A stretch of 64,000 nt of DNA from Candidatus Avigastranaerophilus sp. (GTDB taxonomy: Bacteria; Muiribacteriota; Ozemobacteria; Ozemobacterales; Ozemobacteraceae): contig JAZRWI010000112.1 in NCBI GenBank assembly GCA_045599645.1, forward strand, positions 4,566-68,565, written 5' to 3'. Below the pieces are notes generated by a model. The model saw nothing but the letters and a program-made list of their open reading frames with translations. It had not been told where the DNA came from and did no database searches. A program made the position numbers and the translations under genes. Every line of letters starts with the position of its first letter. Positions within the stretch are counted from its first letter, which is position 1. Positions 39,152 through 47,343 of this stretch are shown here, one piece after another.

Positions 39152-40303
39152 ATGGATAATAAAATAAAAATATTTGATACAACTTTAAGAGACGGCGAAC
39201 AATCTCCAAAATGCAGCATGACTATAGAAGAAAAAGTAAAAATAGCAAAAAAACTGGAAGAATTGGGAGTAGATATAATTGAAGCAGGTTTTGCAGCATC
39301 TTCAACAAAAGATTTTGAAGCAATACAAGAAATATCTCAAAATGTAGATAAACCAATTATTACTGCATTAGCAAGACTTATAAAAAATGATATAGATAAA
39401 GCAGAAGAATCATTGAAATATGCAAAGAAAAAAAGAATACATGTATTTATCGCAACAAGTGATATTCATATAAAAGATAAACTGCATATGACAAAAGAAG
39501 AAGTAATTAATAGAACAAAAGAAATGGTAAGCTATGCCAAGAGCAAATGTGAAGATATAGAATTTTCTATAGAAGACGCAACAAGAACAAATCCGGAATT
39601 TATGGCACAAGTAATTGCAACAGCAATAAATTGTGGAGCAACTACAATAAATCTTGCAGATACAGTTGGATTTATTACGCCAGAAGAATTTAAAAATTTA
39701 ATAGAATATATAAAAGTAAATGTTCCAAATATAGATAATGTAGCATTAGGTTGTCATTGCCATAATGATTTAAATTTGGCTACTTCTAATTCATTAGCAG
39801 CAATAGAAAGTGGAGTAACACAAGTAGAATGCTGTGTAAATGGAATAGGAGAAAGAGCAGGGATTACAGCTCTTGAACAAATCGTAATGGCACTGCATGT
39901 AAGAAAAGACCATTATAAAAAAGAAACAAATGTGGATATATCAAAATTACTTGAAACAAGTAAATTAGTAGCAGATATAGTAAATGAAAAATTAGAAAGA
40001 ACAAGACCAGTAGTAGGAGAAAACGTAAATATACATTCATCAGGCATGCATCAGGATGGAATATTAAAAAATAAAAATACATATGAAATAATTAATTTTG
40101 AAGAATTAGGTAAAAACAATGAAAAAATACTGATAGATATTCATTCTGGGAAAGCTGCAATTAAATATATTCTAAACAAACACAATATATATCCACAAGA
40201 AGACATAAGCGATTTTGTAACCTGTATAAAAGAGTATTTGAAATCAAATAAAGATATTTCAGAAGAAGAAATATGCAATATGTATAAAAAGCTGAAAATA
40301 TAA
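39152..40303 (+). CDS. LeuA-like DRE-TIM synthase (2-isopropylmalate / citramalate / homocitrate synthase catalytic domain only), strongly AT-rich
   Basis: LRDGEQ, HCHND and GER motifs of the HMGL-like family (FDTTLRDGEQSP, LGCHCHNDLNLATSNSLAAI). Only 383 aa, so it lacks the LeuA C-terminal regulatory domain. K/I/N-rich composition differs from neighbouring genes. Confidence 0.75.
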   Translation: MDNKIKIFDTTLRDGEQSPKCSMTIEEKVKIAKKLEELGVDIIEAGFAASSTKDFEAIQEISQNVDKPIITALARLIKNDIDKAEESLKYAKKKRIHVFIATSDIHIKDKLHMTKEEVINRTKEMVSYAKSKCEDIEFSIEDATRTNPEFMAQVIATAINCGATTINLADTVGFITPEEFKNLIEYIKVNVPNIDNVALGCHCHNDLNLATSNSLAAIESGVTQVECCVNGIGERAGITALEQIVMALHVRKDHYKKETNVDISKLLETSKLVADIVNEKLERTRPVVGENVNIHSSGMHQDGILKNKNTYEIINFEELGKNNEKILIDIHSGKAAIKYILNKHNIYPQEDISDFVTCIKEYLKSNKDISEEEICNMYKKLKI

Positions 40304-40402
40304 TGTGAGCTTCTAGTTGTCTTTGGGGTTATTATGAGAAAACATGGCAACACATTGCAATAGTTGTATTGCAGCAGTTACAAATTTAATGTCACTGTTT
40401 CA

Positions 40403-41665
40403 TTAAATAAATTCGACAGGGACGGCAAATACCTCTGGAGATATAGCAATAGGCTTTGAGCAGTTGCAGATGATTATTCCGGTTTCTATCTGCATATTAT
40501 TGATTCTATTAGTGATATAGAAATTTTTGGCGTCTTCCGAATTTGGGGTAGCTGTTTTCTTTATTTCAATGGGATAAAGAGTATTATTCTGATAAATCAT
40601 CAGGTCTATTTCAACCTTATCTTTGTCTCTGTAAAAATAAATAGGTGCTTCAATCCCCTGGTTGGCAAATGATTTGATTATTTCACTCACTACGTAGGTT
40701 TCAAAAAAAGCTCCGCCCATAGCACCGGTTCTCATAACTTCAGGGCTGGTCCATCTTGTGAGATACGCAGCAAAACCTGTATCCATAAAATACAATTTTG
40801 GTGTCTTTACAATTCGCTTTTCAACATTAATGGAAAAAGGTTTAAGTAAATATACTAATCCTGAAGTAATGAGCAGGGATAACCATTTTTTTGCCGTTAC
40901 TTCACTGATTCCAACTTCTTTACCAAGATCGCCATAGTTTACTAATTGCCCGGTTCTTGAAGCAACGACGGTAATAAATTGCAGGAATTGCATTTCATCA
41001 GTTATTTGGGTAATTTTTCTGATGTCGCGTTCTATATAGGTTTTTAAATAATTTCCATAAAAATCGTTTGTATTTATTTTTCCCTTAACAACTTCTGGAT
41101 AACCTCCAGTAAAAATAGCTTTCCAGGTCTTATTAACGGAAGCTTCCTTACCTGATAAAGCTTTGCTTCTCTGAATAATGTATTTCTTTGATGGAAGAAA
41201 TGGCTTGTCAAATTTATCCTTTCTGATTTCTCTAGCAGATAGCGGATATAACTCTAACATACCTATACGGCCGGCAAGACTCTCTGTTGCTTTTTCCATG
41301 AGATTAAACGGCTGACTTCCGGTAAGGTAATACATTCCATTTTTTCTATTGCCATCTATATTCATTTTCAAGTAGCGGAATAATTCCGGAACGTATTGAA
41401 TTTCATCAAAAACATATGGACAAGGGTGCAATTCTAAGAAAGCCTTAGGATCTGATTTGGCAGATACTTCTTCTAATGGATCATCAAAAGTGAGATATTG
41501 AGCAGGCTTAATAGCCATCAAATTCTGCAAAAGAGTTGTCTTTCCTGTTTGTCTTGCTCCAGTAACAAGACAGGCAGGGAACTCCTTAGATAATCGTTTA
41601 ATAGTTGCCGTTGCATGTCTTTCTATAAATTTCACGAAACACCTCATGGGATAATCCAAAGTCAT
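40403..41665 (-). CDS. DUF4143-family AAA+ ATPase (copy 1)
   Basis: Walker A GARQTGKTT; C-terminal LYPIEIKK motif shared with the paralog at 54452-55675. Confidence 0.75.
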   Translation of the reverse strand: MTLDYPMRCFVKFIERHATATIKRLSKEFPACLVTGARQTGKTTLLQNLMAIKPAQYLTFDDPLEEVSAKSDPKAFLELHPCPYVFDEIQYVPELFRYLKMNIDGNRKNGMYYLTGSQPFNLMEKATESLAGRIGMLELYPLSAREIRKDKFDKPFLPSKKYIIQRSKALSGKEASVNKTWKAIFTGGYPEVVKGKINTNDFYGNYLKTYIERDIRKITQITDEMQFLQFITVVASRTGQLVNYGDLGKEVGISEVTAKKWLSLLITSGLVYLLKPFSINVEKRIVKTPKLYFMDTGFAAYLTRWTSPEVMRTGAMGGAFFETYVVSEIIKSFANQGIEAPIYFYRDKDKVEIDLMIYQNNTLYPIEIKKTATPNSEDAKNFYITNRINNMQIETGIIICNCSKPIAISPEVFAVPVEFI

Positions 41666-41708
41666 AGTTAATATTATCCCACAGCCCAGAAATTAGCAAG
41701 ATTTATTT

Positions 41709-41800
41709 CTACTTGCTTCCAATATACAAAAATACCAGAGCAAGCAATACAAGGAGCAGATCCAGAGCCTTAGACTTCAGGTTCTTTTCATGGAAAATCA
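41709..41800 (-). pseudogene. Orphan duplicate of the 3' end of the eamA gene (about 80% identical to 36753-36845)
   Basis: The ORF fragment ends ...IFHEKNLKSKALDLLLVLLALVFLYIGSK, versus eamA ...IFHEKNLRSKALDLILVLLALVFLYIGSK; the nucleotide alignment extends about 10 bp past the stop. Confidence 0.65.
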
Positions 41801-42243
41801 GAGACAGCCTCCATGCGGGCACTCTAAGCAGAATCGACGGCGGTTGCTGTTTTACCTTTTCTAATGATTTTATTAAATCTGATATAAAAAATCTGACATT
41901 TAATCTTAATAAAAGCAATCCAAATCTTCGCTTCATTGGTCATAACCAGAAAAAGCAACCAGACTTATGGTTTCAAAACTTATAGCCAATTTTGAAAAGA
42001 ACTTAAAACTTATAGAAAACATACCTATGCCGCCCAAGACCCTAGATAAGCAATACAGCCTAATGAGCAAACGAATCAATCACCTTAAAAGTATATATTG
42101 ATTCCATCTGTTTTCAGCTGGTTTTCATTCCAAGGAAAAATTCAAAACGCCCTGCCCTATTTGTCGAACTTAAGTATAACAAAAATACAGATTCCGCCAT
42201 TAGGCAGATTCAAGAAAAGCATATAATTGTCTAATTAAAAAAT

Positions 42244-42338
42244 TTGACCTAAGCCGAACGGCTAAATTATAATATATCTATTAAATTTAAGCCGTTCGCC
42301 TAAATATTGGTATATACAATCAAATTTCGCCGAACGAC
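42244..42338 (+). promoter_or_regulatory. hipBA promoter (TTGACC -18- TATAAT) with three CGAACG/CGTTCG-type operator half-site repeats
   Basis: ttgacc at 42244-49 and tataat at 42268-73. Palindrome agccgaacggct (42252-63) lies in the spacer; related sites gccgttcgcc (42291-300) and gccgaacgac (42329-38). Confidence 0.45.
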
Positions 42339-42364
42339 TAATACTCGGTTTCAGGAGAAATCCC

Positions 42365-42583
42365 ATGAAAATAACTGATGCAACCTCCTTAGGAAACGCC
42401 ATTCGCGCACGAAGAAAAAAACTTAAATATACTCAGGGCTATATTTCCGAAATTACAGGTCTTAGCATAAGTTTTTTATCTGATCTTGAAAACGGGAAAC
42501 AAACTGCTGAAATCGGCAAAACAATCGAAGTAATCAATCTTCTCGGGTTGGATATTTTAGTAGAGGCAAGGGAAGATGAGTAA
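42365..42583 (+). CDS. hipB: HipB-like XRE-family HTH antitoxin
   Basis: 72-aa HTH_XRE protein; 8-nt overlap with the downstream HipA-like gene. Confidence 0.75.
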   Translation: MKITDATSLGNAIRARRKKLKYTQGYISEITGLSISFLSDLENGKQTAEIGKTIEVINLLGLDILVEAREDE

Positions 42584-43868
42584 TATTTCTTTAACGGTTC
42601 AGATTGAAATAAACGGAATGATGACAAAAGTTGGTTCAATTACAGGTACCAGCTATAAAGATGCTGTGTTTGCATACGATGAATCATATACAACTGATAA
42701 AAATCATCGTCCAATCTCCATCAGCCTTCCTTTCTCAAAGCAGGCTTTTACTTCAGATGCAACCAGAAATTATTTTGAGGGACTCTTACCTGAAGGTTTT
42801 ACCCGTAAAAGCATAGCAGAATCCATACATACAGACTTAGATGACTATATTTCAATTTTAAAAGAACTTGGTCGCGAATGTCTTGGTGCTATTCAAATTA
42901 TGGACGAATCCAATCAGACAACAGAAGAGAACTACAAAAAACTTACCCCAAAAGAAGTAAAGGCTTTGGCCGAAGAAGGTGCAAGTCTTGCGGTAAATCT
43001 TGTAATAGAGTCTCATCTCTCGCTTACAGGTGCTTCTGGGAAAACGGGTCTATACTATGATGAAAAAAAGAGGAAATGGTATCAACCGATAGGTTCTGCT
43101 CCTAGTAACTATATTGTAAAACAAAGTCATGTCCGGTTAAGCAACATTGTTGTAAATGAACAACTCTGTCTTCTAACAGCCAAGAAACTTGGAATAGAAA
43201 TACCAGACAGCTTCATCATCCAGACAAGGAAAAATAAAAGTAAAGACGCAGACATCTTATTTGCGACAAAAAGATTTGATAGATATGTTGACCGTGATTC
43301 AAGAGAATTGAACACTTTACCGATTCCTTACAGGCTCCATCAGGAGGATTTTGCACAGGCTCTTGGAATAAATTCTTCTAATAAATACGAAAAAGACGGT
43401 AAGCATTATTTAAAACAGATGTTCAATATCATCCGTTCATATTCCGCAAATCCTATCGAAGACCAATTTAAACTATGGCGAATTACAGTATTCAATTTTC
43501 TTATTGGCAATACTGACAATCACATAAAAAACTATTCACTTCTATATAGTAAAGATTTGCGAACTTTACGGCTTGCACCATGTTATGATGTAGTAAGTAC
43601 CAAAGTTTATAAAAATGATATAAATGAAATGTCTCTTAGTATTAATGAAAAATTAAACATGGATGAAGTTACACGAGCGGACTTTGAACTTGAGGCAAAA
43701 TCAGTTGGCCTTGGTGCTAAGTTTGCCATGAACATTTTTGATGAAGTCCAGAATGGACTGCTGGAAGCATTACAGGCAAGCGTAAGAGAACTGGAAGAAA
43801 AAGGTTTTACTCAAGCAGGTAATATCGCTAATAAAATTGAAAAAAATTTTAAACACAGAAAATCATAA
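42576..43868 (+). CDS. hipA: HipA-family Ser/Thr kinase toxin
   Basis: HipA N- and C-terminal domains; catalytic-loop motif IGNTDNHIKNYSLLY (D-H-KN). Confidence 0.8.
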   Translation: MSNISLTVQIEINGMMTKVGSITGTSYKDAVFAYDESYTTDKNHRPISISLPFSKQAFTSDATRNYFEGLLPEGFTRKSIAESIHTDLDDYISILKELGRECLGAIQIMDESNQTTEENYKKLTPKEVKALAEEGASLAVNLVIESHLSLTGASGKTGLYYDEKKRKWYQPIGSAPSNYIVKQSHVRLSNIVVNEQLCLLTAKKLGIEIPDSFIIQTRKNKSKDADILFATKRFDRYVDRDSRELNTLPIPYRLHQEDFAQALGINSSNKYEKDGKHYLKQMFNIIRSYSANPIEDQFKLWRITVFNFLIGNTDNHIKNYSLLYSKDLRTLRLAPCYDVVSTKVYKNDINEMSLSINEKLNMDEVTRADFELEAKSVGLGAKFAMNIFDEVQNGLLEALQASVRELEEKGFTQAGNIANKIEKNFKHRKS

Positions 43869-43882
43869 AAATGCTACCAGTA

Positions 43883-43934
43883 TAAAATAATGCAATTCTT
43901 TATTCGGCATATTCCCTCACAGAAGTATCTGAAT
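43883..43934. repeat. 52-bp sequence identical to the antitoxin/toxin gene junction at 56154-56205
   Basis: Exact match, base for base. It encodes the last codons of the DUF4065 antitoxin and the first 9 codons (MPNKELHYF) of the toxin, followed by a frame-terminating tail. Confidence 0.8.
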
Positions 43935-43941
43935 GAATGAT

Positions 43942-44331
43942 TTAACTAACATCAGAAACAAGAACATTTGTATCGATTACAGCATAATATGCCATACTAT
44001 TTTGTTTTTTTCTCACCATTTCTATTTCTGCGTTGATTTCTTCCAAGCCCATGTCACTTATGCCATTTTTCGCAGCTAACATGCTTGCAGCTTTCATGGC
44101 CGCCAAACCCTTGTTTCCTTTTTGCTGTAACTGTAATGGAAAAGGAACCCCATTGTCATGAACCAATCGCACAACGCATATACGCATATATGTTGGCAAA
44201 TCCATTCCTAACTGTTCACAAATGCTCATCGCCTTCGCTTTTAAAGAATCATCCATTCGAAATTGAACAAAAGAACTAGGCATATTCACCTCCAAACTAT
44301 ACCTAATATAATTATAACATTTTACAATCAA
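43942..44331 (-). pseudogene. Decayed type II TA locus: RelB/DinJ-like antitoxin fused in frame to the first 16 codons of a PIN-domain (VapC-like) toxin that is then truncated
   Basis: N-terminal FVQFRMDDSLKAKAMSICEQLGMDLPTYMRICVVRLV resembles RelB/DinJ; the C-terminus MAYYAVIDTNVLVSDVS* is a canonical PIN start (IDTNVL) that terminates abruptly beside the 52-bp repeat. Confidence 0.55.
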
Positions 44332-44579
44332 AAGTAATCATTTGATTACATATTTTTTTTAACTCCGTAACTTACAGCAAAATATCTTTAAATTATGCTT
44401 AATTTCAAATTCAGCCACTTTTAAAGAAACGACAATATTACTTTTGTTAAATGTGTCATTAGCATTTCCTGCAGCACATATTGTCTGCTTTCTTGTATCA
44501 TTCAATACTCACCACGGCTTGGTTAATTTATCGTTTATGTCTTGTCGTGAAAGCACTTTTGAAGAAAGTTTCTAAAAAG

Positions 44580-47324
44580 CTATTGCCAACCTTTCAACAA
44601 TTTTGCCAATTTTTCTTGTTTATCAAGAACAACTGCGCATTTATCCCAGTCTTCGGTAACAGGCGGCACAGATTCATATTTTAGAGCAAAAGCATTCTGT
44701 TTTGGTAAAGAATTAATTTTATTGCGCGCCTCAGCTTCGTTGTTTAAAGCAATATCAATCCAAACATCTTCTAGAGTATCTGGTATTTGTCCAAACATAT
44801 TGAATATATCGTTCAAACGACTTGATAACGCTTGATGAACTTTATCTTCTACAGAATCTTTATATCTCATGTTAAATATTCTTATAGTATTACTTAATTG
44901 CCCTATTCTCTGAATACGACCTTTTCTCTGTTCCAATCTTGTAGGATTCCAAGGTAAGTCCAAATTTATCAAAGTTGATAAAGTTTGTAGGTTTAAACCT
45001 TCACTTGCAGCATCAGTACCAACAAGTATTTTTATTTCATGATTTCTTACAGAGTCTTTTAAATCATCTTTTAACTTCTTTTCAAAAATGCCATTTACGA
45101 ACACCCCAGATTTATCGCCACCAGCATATAAACCAACTCTACAATCAGCAATATCTTTTGATAATGTTTCTGCAATATAACGAGCACTATCATAATATTG
45201 CGAGAAAATAATACAACCCCTATCTTTCCATGGCGTATTATCTTCTGTTATACCATTCAACAAAATATCCAATACTTTTGCATACTTTGGATCTTTATCT
45301 TTATTTAAGCTTAATACTTTTACTAAGTCCTCAAGACATTCAATTTCATCCGGAGTCAAGTTCTTGATTTCGCTTTGTTCTTCGTCTGTTTCATCATCTT
45401 CAAATTCAGTATCAAATTCATCCAAAAGAATTTGCCTACCTTCTTCTGTCCAGGCTAGCATTTTTTTGGCTGTGTTTTCTCCAGCAAGAATAGTACTACC
45501 AATACGTCTAAGCATAAGAGTAGACATAAATCCACCAGCCTTAACTCTTTTGGACAATAACTTACAAAACTCTTCTGCTTTTTCGTAACCTTGTCGGCAA
45601 TAACCTTCCAAAGCAATGGCATCGTCATTGTTTTCACCGAATAATTTAACTTCAATTTTTTGTAAATAAGGTAAACCAGTCTTAGGATTAATGCTATTTT
45701 CCAAAAATTCTCTAGTTCGTCTTACAATATGTCTTATATAGGGATTATATTTTTTTACAAATTCATCTGTTATATACAAATCCCTTAGTGAATTCCGGAT
45801 AGACATTCTGCAATCATTGAATAATGCAGCAGGTAAGACAAAATCATTATCACTTAAATCCAATTTATCACGCAAAGTTTTTATCTTAAATGATGTCTGG
45901 GTTTTATCTGGAAATGGATTTCTCATAATGTCCCACATCGTGACTTCACTTTCGGGAACAGGCTCTTTGCCACACACAATATCCAACATATGTTGGGGTT
46001 TTGTATTCCATTCGCTGTAAATATCTCCAAATACTTTCTCATTAGGCAATGCCAATGCGTGTAACAAGTCATAAGCCTCAATGGTATTTACTTGCACAGG
46101 CGTAGCTGTGGCAAGAAGCATACTCTTAGTTTTCATGCTTATTTCATTTAAAAAACGTAATAAGAAATTGCAATCCGCTTTATGATTATCAGGATCGCTG
46201 CTAGGATTTCTCCTTCTGGCCCTATGGCTTTCATCACATATAACACATTCATATTCTTGTTGTAGAAGTAAAGCAGATGCTTCTGTTCTACGTGCAACCA
46301 GACCTTGCGATACAATGCCTATTCTTCTAGGACATCTATGAATTGACTTTATTGATTCTGCCGGATAAAAATAACCTGATTCGTCTTGCCAACCTCTACC
46401 AGTCCAAACAGCACTTGGCATATCTAACAAATTTTTCATTTCATCCTGCCATTGAAAAACCAGAGTTTTTGGTACAATTATTAAAATTGGTTTTTCTCCA
46501 TATACGGCCATTAACTTTGCCGACATAGCAAGTTGAATAGTTTTACCAAGACCTACCTGGTCCGCCAACAAAAATCTAGCTCCACCTTCTTTTTGATGTT
46601 CTTTGAATGCAAGCTCTACAAAATATTTCTGATGATCCCAAAGTCCGAATTCTTTTCGAAAAACAGGTTCTTCAACAGCAATGGCAGGTATCTCAACCTC
46701 TTTTTCATTACGCCACTTTTCAAGGGGTATTATTACTCTTCTGGAAATTCTATCAATATCATCAATAATAGAATCGCTTAATGGTTTAGCATATTTATTA
46801 TTCCAAAAGAAATCAAATTCGTCTTGAACCCAGTTTATAGCCTCAATTGAGTCATCTTCCCATATCATTTCATAATTCAGTTTAAAAGCACTTTTTGTTT
46901 CGTTTATACTACCAATAAAACAGGTTTTAGAATCATCCTTGTATGTTATTATCCCAGCTTTTCCGTGCATTAAGCCATATATTTCGTCAGGTATTACTCT
47001 TATTTGCATTTTACCGCTTTTCAACAAACGATATAAACGAGCAAGTCTTTGAGAACTTTGTGGTGTCGAATATTCTTCTTCTGGTTTAAATCCACACCAT
47101 TCCTGTTTTATTCGCTGAGCCACTTCAATATCTTCTTTTGCCAAGCCGGAATTACATATTATGCGAATATTACCTTCTATAGACTCAATGCTTTCTCCTG
47201 CTACTTCCAATATTGAAGAACAGAAGTAACCAGCAATTCTATCGTATTTTTTGGCACCAACTAATTTTTTATTTAGAAAAGCCTCATCTAGCTTTTGTAA
47301 TCTTGATGAATAACGTTTAATCAC
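44580..47324 (-). CDS. PLD-family nuclease domain fused to SNF2/DEAD-like helicase (defence-operon gene 4)
   Basis: N-terminal HxK(x4)D-GSxN motif LMHGKAGIITYKDDSKTCFIGSINETKSAF; helicase motif I LADQVGLGKTIQ, motif II DESHRARR, helicase-C region LVGTDAASEGLNLQ and QRKGRIQRIGQ. Confidence 0.8.
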   Translation of the reverse strand: MIKRYSSRLQKLDEAFLNKKLVGAKKYDRIAGYFCSSILEVAGESIESIEGNIRIICNSGLAKEDIEVAQRIKQEWCGFKPEEEYSTPQSSQRLARLYRLLKSGKMQIRVIPDEIYGLMHGKAGIITYKDDSKTCFIGSINETKSAFKLNYEMIWEDDSIEAINWVQDEFDFFWNNKYAKPLSDSIIDDIDRISRRVIIPLEKWRNEKEVEIPAIAVEEPVFRKEFGLWDHQKYFVELAFKEHQKEGGARFLLADQVGLGKTIQLAMSAKLMAVYGEKPILIIVPKTLVFQWQDEMKNLLDMPSAVWTGRGWQDESGYFYPAESIKSIHRCPRRIGIVSQGLVARRTEASALLLQQEYECVICDESHRARRRNPSSDPDNHKADCNFLLRFLNEISMKTKSMLLATATPVQVNTIEAYDLLHALALPNEKVFGDIYSEWNTKPQHMLDIVCGKEPVPESEVTMWDIMRNPFPDKTQTSFKIKTLRDKLDLSDNDFVLPAALFNDCRMSIRNSLRDLYITDEFVKKYNPYIRHIVRRTREFLENSINPKTGLPYLQKIEVKLFGENNDDAIALEGYCRQGYEKAEEFCKLLSKRVKAGGFMSTLMLRRIGSTILAGENTAKKMLAWTEEGRQILLDEFDTEFEDDETDEEQSEIKNLTPDEIECLEDLVKVLSLNKDKDPKYAKVLDILLNGITEDNTPWKDRGCIIFSQYYDSARYIAETLSKDIADCRVGLYAGGDKSGVFVNGIFEKKLKDDLKDSVRNHEIKILVGTDAASEGLNLQTLSTLINLDLPWNPTRLEQRKGRIQRIGQLSNTIRIFNMRYKDSVEDKVHQALSSRLNDIFNMFGQIPDTLEDVWIDIALNNEAEARNKINSLPKQNAFALKYESVPPVTEDWDKCAVVLDKQEKLAKLLKGWQ

Positions 47325-47343
47325 AACTAACCTCCAATAATTC

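Noticed and set aside
40359-40380. Hairpin ttgcaata-gttg-tattgcaa between the convergent LeuA-like and DUF4143 genes as a terminator
   Set aside because: An 8-bp AT-rich stem without a flanking U-run on either strand. Too weak to call.
43883-43934. 52-bp exact repeat considered as an IS terminal inverted repeat or att site
   Set aside because: The copies are direct, not inverted. They correspond precisely to a coding gene junction (antitoxin stop/toxin start), and no transposase or integrase lies nearby.
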